From: an uncultured Aeromicrobium sp.
GTDB lineage: Bacteria; Actinomycetota; Actinomycetes; Propionibacteriales; Nocardioidaceae
Assembly: GCA_964599245.1 (NCBI GenBank)
Contig: CAZREF010000010.1
Location: 11,130 to 75,129, forward strand
Direction of reading: 5' to 3'
DNA: 64,000 nucleotides
The notes under the pieces were generated by a model. The model saw only the letters and a list, made by a program, of their open reading frames with translations, had not been told where the DNA came from and searched no databases. Position numbers and translations under genes: made by a program. Below, one piece after another: positions 1 to 10,774 of the stretch; within the stretch, counting starts at the first letter, position 1; the number at the start of each line of letters is the position of its first letter.

Positions 1-1
1 C

Positions 2-277
2 GTCGTCAACGTGCTCACCGGCGACCAGGCGGAGATCATGCCGTGGCTCGCCAGCCACGGCGACGTCAACGGCCTCGACCTCACCGGGGTGCCCGCCGAC
101 GAGCGGGTGGAGCTGGAACGCGCGGCGGCGGGCACGGTCAAGCGGGTGCACGCCCCCCGTCGGACCCCCGACTTCACCGCCGCCCCCGGCACCGCACGGA
201 TGCGTGCCTTCCTCGAGGTCAAGACCGTCTGGCACCCCGTCGGCGCGGTCTCGCTCGCGGGCGGGTCGGCGTACTGA
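2..277 (+). CDS. aldehyde dehydrogenase family protein, C-terminal part (runs off window start)
   Basis: VVNVLTG...LASHGDVNGLDLTG...FLEVKTVWHPVG resembles the C-terminus of the short actinobacterial ALDH that usually follows deoC. Confidence 0.8.
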   Translation, partial: VVNVLTGDQAEIMPWLASHGDVNGLDLTGVPADERVELERAAAGTVKRVHAPRRTPDFTAAPGTARMRAFLEVKTVWHPVGAVSLAGGSAY

Positions 278-397
278 CCTGCGGCTGCGCCCGCGCGGCT
301 CCTCGTCGAGCTGCAGGGCCAGCTCAGGCTCGCGTCTTGTGGACTTCGTGACGGTTCTCGCGCCGGTAACCGACGCAAGCACGAAACGCGGGAGACC

Positions 398-856
398 CTA
401 GCTGCCCGGCATCAGGACGGTGACGGTCTCCGCGACGCAGGCGGGCTTGTCCTGGCCCTTGATCTCGATCTGGTGGCGCAGGGTGACCTGCTGGCCGTGG
501 TCGACGTCGTTGACGTCGACGACGGTGACCCGGTTGCGGATCTTGGCGCCCACGGTCACGGGGGTCATGAACCGCACCTTGTTGAGGCCGTAGTTCACGC
601 GGGCGACGTCGCCGGCGAACGCGTAGACCTGGGCGCCGAGGAACGGCAGCATCGAGAGCGTCAGGTAGCCGTGCGCGATCGTGGCGCCGAACGGGCCCTC
701 CGCGGCGCGCTCGGGATCGACGTGGATCCACTGGCGGTCGCCGGTCGCGTCGGCGAACAGGTCGATCCGCTCCTGCGTGACCTGCACCCACTCGCTCACG
801 CCGAGCTCGGACCCCGCGGCCTCGGCGACCTCGTCGCGGTCGTTGAGCACACGCAT
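398..856 (-). CDS. MaoC family dehydratase
   Basis: FADATGDRQWIHVDPERA and TIAHGYLTLS hydratase motifs; ATG at 856 lies 7 nt after a TAGGTT -10 (leaderless). Confidence 0.9.
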   Translation of the reverse strand: MRVLNDRDEVAEAAGSELGVSEWVQVTQERIDLFADATGDRQWIHVDPERAAEGPFGATIAHGYLTLSMLPFLGAQVYAFAGDVARVNYGLNKVRFMTPVTVGAKIRNRVTVVDVNDVDHGQQVTLRHQIEIKGQDKPACVAETVTVLMPGS

Positions 857-866
857 GCCCTCGAAC

Positions 867-2158
<1,292 letters not shown>

Positions 2159-2162
<4 letters not shown>

Positions 2163-3358
2163 GGCTGGCAGGTCACCTCGAGGGACTGGTAGCCGCGCAG
2201 CACCCAGGTGGGCCGCCGCGGGGCGACGCCGGTGAGCGCGAGGGTGGGGAATCGCTCGAGCAGCCGTCGGACCGTGATCTCGAGCTCGACGCGCGCGAGG
2301 GGCGCGCCCAGGCAGAAGTGCAGCCCCATGCCGAAGCCGACGTGGGGATTGGGGTCGCGGCCGACGTCGAAGGCGTCGGGGTGCTCGAAGACCTCGGGGT
2401 CGCGGTTGGCCGACCCCATGAGACAGGCGACGACGTCGCCGGCGTGGACCGTGGTTCCCGCGACCTCGACGTCGGCCGTGGCCGTGCGCTCGAACATCTG
2501 CAGCGGTGCGTCGAAGCGGATGAGCTCCTCCAACGCGGTCGCCGCACCGACCTCGCCGCTCGTGACGCGCCGCTGCTGGTCGGGGTGCGAGAGCAGCGCG
2601 TGCATTCCGTTGCCGAAGACGTTCACCGACGCCTCGTGCCCCGCGTTGAGCAGCAGGACGACGGTGGCGACCAGCTCGTCGTCGGAGAAGCCGACGGTGG
2701 AGTCGTCCTCCCGCTCGGCGATGAGGTCGCTGACGAGGTCCTCGCCCGGCTCCGCACGACGCAGGGCGACGACCTCGCGCACGTAGTCGGCGAACTCCCG
2801 GCTCGCGGTCACGGCGGCGGCCCGGACGTCGTCGCCCACGCCCTGCTCGTACATGTGGACGATCGCCTGCGACCAGTCACGCAGCCGGACGTGGTCGTCC
2901 CGCGGGACGCCGAGCAGGTCGGCGATGACGAAGACCGGCATCGGCTCGGCGTACCGGGCGAGCAGGTCGACCGGGCGCCCCGCACGCAGGTCGTCCTCCA
3001 GGTCGTCGAGCATCGCGTCGGCGAGGGTCTCGATGCGCGGACCCATCCGCTCGACGTGGCCGCGGGCGAACGCGCCGGCGAGCAGCCGACGCATGCGGGT
3101 GTGCTCGGGGGGCTCGTTCTCCATGAGCTGGTTGCGGTGGAGCGTGTTGAACGGCTCCATCTGCTCGGCCGGCTCCCAGTCCGTCCAGAGGCGCCCGAGC
3201 CGACGGTTGCGGAGCACCGCGCTCACCGAGCCGTGGGTGGTGGCGACCCAGCGCCCCTCCCCCGCCCGCAGCAGCGGCCCGGCGGCGCGCCACTCGGCCA
3301 GCAGCGGGTACGGGTCGTCGAGGAGCGCGGGATCGGTGAGGTCGGGGACGACCGTCAC
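2159..3358 (-). CDS. cytochrome P450
   Basis: EPPEHTRMRR, I-helix AGHEAS, ExxR (EELIR), heme motif FGMGLHFCLGAPLAR; 4-nt overlaps with both neighbours. Confidence 0.95.
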
Positions 3359-3855
3359 TCCCCCCGCCCCTCTCCTGGGGCGGGGGCGTCCGCCACCTCG
3401 CCGGAGGCGAGACCATCGGCCCCCTCGCCGGAGGCGAGATCATCGGCACCGAAGGCGTCGGGCAGGACCTCGTCCATGGTCCGCACGCCCGAGGCCGTGA
3501 GCAGCTGCATGGTGGGGCCGCCGTTCTCCCACAGCAGCTGGCGGCACCGGCCGCACGGCATGAGCGGGCGCCCGCGGCCGTCGACGCAGGCGACGGCCAC
3601 GAGGCGCCCGCCGCCGGTGGCGTGCAGGGCCGAGACCATGCCGCACTCCGCGCAGAGGGCCACGCCGTACGCCGCGTTCTCGACGTTGCAGCCGAGCACC
3701 ACCCGGCCGTCGTCCACCAGCCCGGCCACACCGACCTTGTAGTGCGAGTACGGGGCGTAGGCCCGCTGCATGACCTCGGTCGCGTACCGGGTCAGCGCGT
3801 CCCAGTCGACGGGGTCGTCGGCCGTGCTGATGCCCAGCCCGAAGGAGCCCGCCAC
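3355..3855 (-). CDS. cdd: cytidine deaminase
   Basis: AYAPYS, GCNVENAAY, LCAECG and PCGRCRQ zinc motifs; start taken as the GTG overlapping the upstream TAG (start approximate). Confidence 0.92.
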   Translation of the reverse strand: MAGSFGLGISTADDPVDWDALTRYATEVMQRAYAPYSHYKVGVAGLVDDGRVVLGCNVENAAYGVALCAECGMVSALHATGGGRLVAVACVDGRGRPLMPCGRCRQLLWENGGPTMQLLTASGVRTMDEVLPDAFGADDLASGEGADGLASGEVADAPAPGEGRGE

Positions 3856-5114
3856 TAGCCGGCACTTCCCTTCCGGTACGGCTTGCCGTCGGCCGCCGGC
3901 ATGCGCAGCCGTTGCGAGAACAGGGCGAGCACGAGCAGCGTCGTGAGGTACGGCGTCATGCCGGTGAGGTCCTCGGGCACGGAGCTGGTGAGGACGTACC
4001 AGAGCGCGACGACCACGCCGAGCAGCGCGGCCACGAGTGCCGCCCGCTGACCGTGCCGGCGCCACTGCCAGACGGCGAGGGCGACCAGGCCGACCGCCAC
4101 GAGCAGCAGGAGCCCGTGGATCGTGTCGCCACCGCCGCGCAGGCGCAGCGTGTCGGTGTAGCCGAACAGCCCGGCGCCGGCGAGCAGCCCGCCGGGTCGC
4201 CAGTTGCCGAAGATCATGGCGGCGAGGCCGATGTACCCGCGACCTCCGGTCTGGCCGTCGCGGAACCCGTTGGCCGCGACCAGCGCGAGGAAGCCGCCGG
4301 CCAGGCCGGCGAAGGCGCCGGAGACGACGACGGCCACAAACTTGTACCGGATCACGTCGATGCCGAGCGACTCGGCCGCGGCAGGGCTCTCGCCCACCGA
4401 CCGCAGGCGCAGGCCGAAGCGGGTGCGCCACAGCAGGAACCACGTGAGCACGAACAGCAGGAGCGCGATGACCGTGAGCACGTTGAGGTTCGACGTGACG
4501 GCCCGCAGCAGCGCCGCCACCTCGGAGACGAAGAACCAGTTCTTCGCCTCGAGGTCGCCGAGGGGGTCGGCGACGGCGCTGATCGTCAACGCCGGGAGGT
4601 CGTCCACGCGCGGGGACTGCGTCTGCCCGCCGCCGGGGACGCCGGTGAACGCGAGCACGGCGAGGTACTGCACGGCGCCGGCGGCGATGATGTTGATGGC
4701 CACGCCGGAGACGATGTGGTCGACGCCGAACAGCACCGTCGCGACGGCGTGCAGCAGCCCGCCCAGGGCGCCGAACGCGATGGCACCCAGCACCCCGGCC
4801 CACGGGCCGACGAAGTAGCCGTAGTAGCCGGCGCCGAAGGTGCCGAGGATCATCATCCCCTCGAGGCCGATGTTCACGACGCCCGCCCGCTCGGCCCAGA
4901 GGCCGCCGAGCCCGGCGAGGCCGATGGGCACGGCCGCGACGAACGTCGCACGCAGCGTGCCGGAGGACCCGAGGTCGCCGGCGCCGGTGACGAGCTGCAG
5001 CACCGACAGCACGAGCAGCACGCCGGCGATGCCGAGCAGCACGTACGGCAGGGAGACGCGTGAGCCCGTGGTGGACGTGGGGGTGTCCGCCGCGGACGGG
5101 GTGGCGGTGCTCAT
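3855..5114 (-). CDS. nucleoside ABC transporter permease (NupC-like)
   Basis: ERAGVVNIGLEGMM, GLRLRSVGESPAAAESLG, GRGYIGLAAMIFGNWRP; hydrophobic. Confidence 0.9.
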   Translation of the reverse strand: MSTATPSAADTPTSTTGSRVSLPYVLLGIAGVLLVLSVLQLVTGAGDLGSSGTLRATFVAAVPIGLAGLGGLWAERAGVVNIGLEGMMILGTFGAGYYGYFVGPWAGVLGAIAFGALGGLLHAVATVLFGVDHIVSGVAINIIAAGAVQYLAVLAFTGVPGGGQTQSPRVDDLPALTISAVADPLGDLEAKNWFFVSEVAALLRAVTSNLNVLTVIALLLFVLTWFLLWRTRFGLRLRSVGESPAAAESLGIDVIRYKFVAVVVSGAFAGLAGGFLALVAANGFRDGQTGGRGYIGLAAMIFGNWRPGGLLAGAGLFGYTDTLRLRGGGDTIHGLLLLVAVGLVALAVWQWRRHGQRAALVAALLGVVVALWYVLTSSVPEDLTGMTPYLTTLLVLALFSQRLRMPAADGKPYRKGSAG

Positions 5115-6229
5115 CGCGTGACCTCCTCGTTCGGGGTGCCCGGTCGTCGCTCGGCCTCCAGGGCCGCGGCGACCTGCCGCTGCTCGAGACGGACGCCGTA
5201 GCGGCGCACGACCTCGTAGGCCACGACGACCGTGAGCACGATGGTGCCCTGGGTGATCTTGACGATGTCCGGCGAGACGTCGAGCAGGATCTGCAGCGGG
5301 TTGGACTGCTCGTCGAGGAAGGCGAAGAGCAGGGCGCCCAGCGCGATGCCGATCGGGTGGTTGCGCCCCAGCAGCGCGATGGCGATGCCCGCGAACCCGA
5401 GGCCGGACTGGAAGGTCGAGCCGTAGGCGAAGGCCTCGCCGAAGAGGATCGGCAGGCCCACGAGGCCGGCCGCGGCGCCGGAGAGCAGCATCGAGATCAG
5501 GATCATCCTCTTGACGTCGATGCCCGAGGCGACGGCGGCGGTCTCCGACAGGCCGGTCGCGCGCAGGTCGAAGCCGAAGCGCGTCCGGTTGATGACGAGC
5601 CAGTAGAGGACGCCCACGACGATCGCGATGAACACGAAGCCGTACACCTGGTTGGGAGCGCCCGGGAAGAGGGTGAAGCCGGGGATGCGGCTGCCCTCGG
5701 GGATCTCCTTCGTCGCCACGATGTTGGAGCCCGGGTCGCGGACGGCCGCCTTGCGCAGCAGGAACGCCACCAGCGCGGTCGCGATCGCGTTGAGCATGAT
5801 CGTGGAGATGACCTCGGAGACGCCGCGCGTCACGCGCAGGAGACCCGCGATGCCCGCCCAGGCCGCCCCCACCAGCATCGCGGCGAGGATCGCCGCGGCG
5901 GTGTTCAGCCAGCCGGGCAGCCACGCCTCGCCGGCCACGACGGCCGCCGCGAAGGACGCCACGCGGTACTGGCCGTCGACGCCGATGTTGAACAGGTTCA
6001 TCCGGAAGCCGATCGCGACCGCGACGCCGGAGAGGTAGTACACCGTGGCGCTGTTGACGATGTTGGTCAGGCCGCGGGCCTCCGGGATGCTGAGGATCTG
6101 GCCCCACACGCCACCGACGGAGTCCCCCGCCAGCACGAGCACCAGGCTGGTGATGAGGAAGGCCGCCACGAGGGCGAGCACGGGGGCGGCCGCCGCCAGG
6201 GCGATCCGCTTCAGACGCTGGTCGCTCAT
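5111..6229 (-). CDS. nucleoside ABC transporter permease (NupB-like)
   Basis: FNIGVDGQY, SEVISTIMLN, GFAGIAIALLGRNHPIG; ATGA overlap with the ATPase gene. Confidence 0.9.
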   Translation of the reverse strand: MSDQRLKRIALAAAAPVLALVAAFLITSLVLVLAGDSVGGVWGQILSIPEARGLTNIVNSATVYYLSGVAVAIGFRMNLFNIGVDGQYRVASFAAAVVAGEAWLPGWLNTAAAILAAMLVGAAWAGIAGLLRVTRGVSEVISTIMLNAIATALVAFLLRKAAVRDPGSNIVATKEIPEGSRIPGFTLFPGAPNQVYGFVFIAIVVGVLYWLVINRTRFGFDLRATGLSETAAVASGIDVKRMILISMLLSGAAAGLVGLPILFGEAFAYGSTFQSGLGFAGIAIALLGRNHPIGIALGALLFAFLDEQSNPLQILLDVSPDIVKITQGTIVLTVVVAYEVVRRYGVRLEQRQVAAALEAERRPGTPNEEVTR

Positions 6230-7806
6230 GCGACGGTCCCTTCGTCGTCCGCACCGGTCATGGCCGACCCCAGCTGCTGCGGGGTGACGGTGGCGGGGTC
6301 GAACGTGCCCACCAGTCGACCGCGCAGGATCACCCGGATGGTGTCGGAGAGCCCGATCAGCTCGTCGAGGTCGGCGGAGACCAGGAGCACCGCCAGCCCG
6401 TCGCGACGGGCCTGCTTGATGTGGTCCCAGATCGCCGCCTGGGCACCGACGTCGACGCCGCGCGTCGGGTGCGCCGCGACCAGCAGGCCGGGCTCGCCGG
6501 TCATCTCGCGGCCGATGATGAGCTTCTGCTGGTTGCCGCCGGAGAGCGCGCGGGCGAGGACGTCGATGCCCGGCGTGCGGACGTCGTACTCCTCGACGAT
6601 GCGCTGGGTGTCCGCCCGCGCACCGCCGCGGTCGATGAACGGCCCGCTGACGTTGGGCTCGCGGGTCTGGTGGCTGAGCACGCGGTTCTCCCACAGCGGC
6701 GCGTCGAGCAGCAGCCCGTGCCGGTGGCGGTCCTCCGGGATGTAGCCGATGCCGGCCTCGCGACGTCGACGCGTGGACAGCGTGGCGAGGTCCTGCCCGC
6801 TCAGCGAGATCGAGCCGGTGGCGCCGGGACGCATGCCCATGATCGCCTCGACGAGCTCGGCCTGGCCGTTGCCCTCGACCCCGGCGATGCCGAGGATCTC
6901 GCCGCGGTGGATCGTCAGGTCGATGTCGCAGAGGAGGGGCCGGCCGGCCGCTGCCGCCCGCGACGCGGAGGTCCCACCCGCCGGCAGCGTGAGGCCGCGG
7001 ACCTCGAGCACCGGCTGGTCGGTGACGGTCGAGGACTCGGTGCCGGGGCTGGGCAGCTCCGAGCCGACCATGAGCTCGGCGAGCTCGCGCGACGTGACAC
7101 CGGCGGCGGGCCTGGTCTCGACGGTGGTGCCGCGCCGGACCACCGTGACGGTGTCGGCGACGGAGAGGACCTCGTCGAGCTTGTGGGAGATGAAGATGAC
7201 CGCGAGGCCCTCGGACTTGAGCTCGCGCAGGTTCGCGAACAGCTCGTCGACCTCCTGCGGCACGAGGACCGCCGTCGGCTCGTCGAGGATGATGATCGAC
7301 GCGCCGCGGTAGAGCACCTTGAGGATCTCGACGCGCTGGCGGGCGCCGACGCCGAGGTCCTCCACGAGCGCGTCCGGGTCGACGTCGAGGCCGTAGGCGT
7401 CGGAGATCCGTCGGATCTCGGCACGCGCCGCGTCGGCGATGCCGTGCAGCTTCTCGGCGCCGAGCACGACGTTCTCGAGCACCGTGAAGTTGTCGGCGAG
7501 CATGAAGTGCTGGAACACCATGCCGACACCGGCGGCGATCGCGTCGGACGGCGAGGAGAGGTCGACGGGGCGTCCGTGCACCTCGATCGTCCCGGAGTCG
7601 GGCTTCTGGACGCCGTAGAGGATCTTCATCAGCGTCGACTTGCCGGCGCCGTTCTCGCCGACCACGGCGTGGACGGTGCCCCGTCGGACGTCGATGTCGA
7701 TGTCGTGGTTGGCGACGACGCCCGGGAACGTCTTGCCGATCCCGCGGAGCCGGACGACGACGTCGTCGGCGAGCTCGGCGGTGCCGTCGGGGACGGAGGT
7801 GGTCAC
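6226..7806 (-). CDS. nucleoside/sugar ABC transporter ATP-binding protein with two ABC domains
   Basis: GENGAGKST, ILDEPTAVL, LSGGNQQK, PTRGVDVGA; GAGGAG RBS before the GTG at 7806. Confidence 0.93.
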   Translation of the reverse strand: MTTSVPDGTAELADDVVVRLRGIGKTFPGVVANHDIDIDVRRGTVHAVVGENGAGKSTLMKILYGVQKPDSGTIEVHGRPVDLSSPSDAIAAGVGMVFQHFMLADNFTVLENVVLGAEKLHGIADAARAEIRRISDAYGLDVDPDALVEDLGVGARQRVEILKVLYRGASIIILDEPTAVLVPQEVDELFANLRELKSEGLAVIFISHKLDEVLSVADTVTVVRRGTTVETRPAAGVTSRELAELMVGSELPSPGTESSTVTDQPVLEVRGLTLPAGGTSASRAAAAGRPLLCDIDLTIHRGEILGIAGVEGNGQAELVEAIMGMRPGATGSISLSGQDLATLSTRRRREAGIGYIPEDRHRHGLLLDAPLWENRVLSHQTREPNVSGPFIDRGGARADTQRIVEEYDVRTPGIDVLARALSGGNQQKLIIGREMTGEPGLLVAAHPTRGVDVGAQAAIWDHIKQARRDGLAVLLVSADLDELIGLSDTIRVILRGRLVGTFDPATVTPQQLGSAMTGADDEGTVA

Positions 7807-7873
7807 GCAGCACTCCTCTGCGGTGGGCCCGTGCCCTGCGGGCCGGGACGGGTGGTGCTCGTCAGACAGGGAA

Positions 7874-7909
7874 CGGTCCGGCCCCACGCTCGCGCGCAGG
7901 GCCGGACCG
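7874..7909 (-). terminator. intercistronic hairpin after the BMP gene (mRNA stabiliser or partial terminator)
   Basis: 11-bp inverted repeat CGGTCCGGCCC / GGGCCGGACCG. Confidence 0.55.
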
Positions 7910-7940
7910 CGTCAAGGACCGCGTCGGTCCCTGGCGTCCC

Positions 7941-8996
7941 TCACTCGCTGGGGACGGTGATCGTGCCGTCGACGATCTGCTTCTTGTAGTCGTCGAGCTG
8001 GTCGGCGATGTCGTCGACCTGGCCGCCCGTCTTCGAGTAGCCGACGCCGTCGACCTTGAGGTCGTAGACGGTCGGGCCGGTCGGGGTGTCGCCGTCCGCG
8101 ACGCCCTGCAGGTACGCGAACACCGCGACGTCGATGTTCTTGAGCATCGAGGTCAGGATGACGTCGCGGACCGACTCGTCGGCCGTCAGCGCCTGGTCGG
8201 AGTCGACGCCGATCGCCTTCGCGCCGGCCTCCTTCGCCGCCTCGAACACACCGCCGCCGGAGCCGCCGGCCGCGTGGTAGACCACGTCGGCACCCTTGTC
8301 GTACATGCCCTGCGCCGCGGTCTTGCCCTTGGCCGGGTCGCCGAAGCCGCTGAAGTCCGGCGGCTGCGTCAGGTAGCGCGACTGGATCTCGATGTCGGGG
8401 TTGACGGCCTTGGCGCCCGCCTCGTAGCCGACCTCGAACTTCTTGATGAGCGGCGTCTCGACGCCACCGACGAAGCCGATGTTGCCCGACTCCGACTTCA
8501 GCGCCGCAGCGGCGCCGACGAGGAAGGAGCCCTGCTCCTCGGCGAAGAGGAGGTTGGCGATGTTGTCGCCCTCGACGCCGTCGTCGACGATCGCGAAGTT
8601 CACGTCGGGGTTGGCCTTGGCGATCTTGCCGACGGCCGCGGAGTAGGCGAAGCCCACCGCGACGACCGGGTCGTAGCCCGCGTCGACCAGCTGCTGCAGG
8701 CGGCCCTCACGCGCCGACTCCGGCTCGCCGTCCTGGGCCTCGGCGGTCTGGACCTCGAAGCCGAGCTCGCACTCGGCCTTGTCCAGGCCCTTGGCCGCGG
8801 AGTCGTTGAACGACTGGTCGCCACGTCCGCCGACGTCGAAGGCCATGCCGACCTTCGTGTCGATCTTCTCGACGCAGTTGTCGCCACTACCGGCGTTGTC
8901 GTCGCTGTCGTTGCTGCTGTTGTTGGCGCAGCCGGCACCAGCGAGCACGAGAGCGGCCACGCCGGCGACGGCGGTGACCTTCGTGAGTCGACGCAA
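7941..8996 (-). CDS. BMP family nucleoside-binding lipoprotein
   Basis: lipobox AGAGC; GGRGDQSFN, FAEEQGSFLVG, AIGVDSDQ, TSMLK; AAGGAGG RBS before a TTG start. Confidence 0.93.
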   Translation of the reverse strand: MRRLTKVTAVAGVAALVLAGAGCANNSSNDSDDNAGSGDNCVEKIDTKVGMAFDVGGRGDQSFNDSAAKGLDKAECELGFEVQTAEAQDGEPESAREGRLQQLVDAGYDPVVAVGFAYSAAVGKIAKANPDVNFAIVDDGVEGDNIANLLFAEEQGSFLVGAAAALKSESGNIGFVGGVETPLIKKFEVGYEAGAKAVNPDIEIQSRYLTQPPDFSGFGDPAKGKTAAQGMYDKGADVVYHAAGGSGGGVFEAAKEAGAKAIGVDSDQALTADESVRDVILTSMLKNIDVAVFAYLQGVADGDTPTGPTVYDLKVDGVGYSKTGGQVDDIADQLDDYKKQIVDGTITVPSE

Positions 8997-9123
8997 TGTT
9001 CCTCCTTGAGACGGCGCCGGCTACCCCGGCACGCCAGCACCCTAGCCGCGGCCGGGACCACAGGGGAGGGCCTGCGGCGGATTGCGCCGGACCGTAATCG
9101 TTTCGTCACCTGGTGACGGTCGG

Positions 9124-10287
9124 CTACAGCAGCGCGGAGCAGGCCAGCACCTTCGCGCCGACCGCGATCGCCCGCTCGTCGACCCGCAGGTTGCCCTGGT
9201 GGAGGTCGTACGTCGGTCCGTCGGGCGTGCGGATCCCGAGGCGGCCCATGGCACCGGGCACCGCCTCGACGTACCAGGCGAAGTCCTCGCCCCCGAGGCT
9301 CTGCGAGGTGGTGGCCACCGCACCGGGCCCGATGGCCTCGGAGACCGCGCGACGCAGCAGCTCGGTGACGCCGAAGTCGTTGACGACCGGCGGGACGCCC
9401 CGCACGTAGGTGACGTCGGCGCTGACGCCGAAGGGCTCGATGATGTCGGCGATGAGACCCCGCACCAGGTGCTCGGCCTGGTGCCAGGCCGCGGAGTCCA
9501 GCATGCGCAGCGTGCCGCTCAGCTCGCCCGTGGACGGGATGACGTTGGCCGCGTTGCCGGCACGGACCGAGCCCCACACGAGGCTGGCGCCGGAGCGGGG
9601 GTCGAAGCGGCGCGACAGCACCGCCGGGAGCTGGGTGACGAGGCTGGCGAGGGCGTAGGTGAGGTCCTCGGTGAGGTGCGGCCGCGAGGTGTGGCCACCC
9701 CGGCCCGAGAGCGTCACCTGGATGCGGTCGGAGGCGCCGGTGATCGGACCCTCCCGCAGGCCGACCTGCCCGACGTCGAGCGAGGGGTCGCAGTGGAGGG
9801 CGACGATGCGGGAGACGCCGCGGAGCACGCCTGCCGACAGCAGGCGCAGCGCGCCGCCGGGCATGACCTCCTCGGCCGGCTGGAAGATCAGCCGCACGCG
9901 CCGCGGGAGGCCACCGGCCTGGTGGAGGTCGCGCAGGGCCACGGCCGCTCCGACCAGGGCCGACACGTGGACGTCGTGGCCGCACGCGTGGGCGACGCCG
10001 GGCACGGTCGAGCGCCAGGGGTCGGACGTGGTGTCGTCGACCGGCAGCGCGTCGAGGTCGGCACGCAGCGCGACGATGGGCCCCTCCTCCGGGCCCACCT
10101 CCGCGACCAGACCGGTCCCCTCGAGACGCTCGTGGGAGAGCCCGAGCTTGTCCATCCAGGCCGCCACCACGTCGGTGGTGCGCTCCTCGTGCCACGACAG
10201 CTCGGGGCTCGCGTGGAGGTCGCGACGCAGCTCGATGAGGTCGGGGGTCACGACCTCGATCGAGCGGGCGACGGCGTCGGCGGACAT
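9124..10287 (-). CDS. M20 family amidohydrolase
   Basis: RRDLHASPELS, LRADLDALP, HACGHDVH, FQPAEE, GGEDF. Confidence 0.92.
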   Translation of the reverse strand: MSADAVARSIEVVTPDLIELRRDLHASPELSWHEERTTDVVAAWMDKLGLSHERLEGTGLVAEVGPEEGPIVALRADLDALPVDDTTSDPWRSTVPGVAHACGHDVHVSALVGAAVALRDLHQAGGLPRRVRLIFQPAEEVMPGGALRLLSAGVLRGVSRIVALHCDPSLDVGQVGLREGPITGASDRIQVTLSGRGGHTSRPHLTEDLTYALASLVTQLPAVLSRRFDPRSGASLVWGSVRAGNAANVIPSTGELSGTLRMLDSAAWHQAEHLVRGLIADIIEPFGVSADVTYVRGVPPVVNDFGVTELLRRAVSEAIGPGAVATTSQSLGGEDFAWYVEAVPGAMGRLGIRTPDGPTYDLHQGNLRVDERAIAVGAKVLACSALL

Positions 10288-10336
10288 TCCGCCAGGGTAG
10301 CGCGCCGCCGTCGGCGCGCAGGCCGGTCCGGCGGCG

Positions 10337-10774
10337 TCAGCCGAGGACGCGCGTGATCTGCTCCACCGTCTCGTCGGCGATCCGGTCCAGCGGCCGTCGC
10401 AGCAGCAGCGGCGCCAGCTGGTGCAGGGGGAACGGGAAGTCGAACTGGGCGCGGTACTGCACCTGGGTCCCCCCGCCGTCGGCCCCGTCGACCGGGGAGA
10501 AGCTCATGACGTCGGTGGCGGTGGTGCGCCCGTTGACGCCCTTGCAGGCGAAGAACGTGGGCGGGTCGTAGCCCACCGTCTCGTAGGTGAGGGAGACGGT
10601 GCGACCCATGAAGCGCGAGCGGTTCGCGTAGACCGTCCCCATGCCACCGTCACCGGACAGGCGCCTCGTCTCGAGCGTCCCGGGGTCCCAGTGCGCGGTG
10701 TTCTCGAAGTCGCTGAGGTAGGCGAACACCTCCTCGACCGGTCGCGGCAGGCGGAAGGTGCGCTCGACGTCCAT
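10337..10774 (-). CDS. SRPBCC (polyketide cyclase/START-like) family protein
   Basis: RPVEEVFAYLSDFENTAHWDP pattern; ATG 6 nt after a TACGCT -10. Confidence 0.85.
   Translation of the reverse strand: MDVERTFRLPRPVEEVFAYLSDFENTAHWDPGTLETRRLSGDGGMGTVYANRSRFMGRTVSLTYETVGYDPPTFFACKGVNGRTTATDVMSFSPVDGADGGGTQVQYRAQFDFPFPLHQLAPLLLRRPLDRIADETVEQITRVLG

Noticed and set aside
3355..7813. long ORF-track fusions (482, 799 and 900 aa) in the ABC operon
   Set aside because: These are off-frame Arg/Pro-rich extensions caused by stop scarcity at high GC. The true starts are the coupled codons at 3855, 5114 and 6229.
9094..9120. GTAAT-N6-GTCAC and CGTCACC-T-GGTGACG dyads upstream of the BMP operon as a CRP/GlnR-type site
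   Set aside because: The match to any consensus I know is too loose, and no regulator can be assigned.
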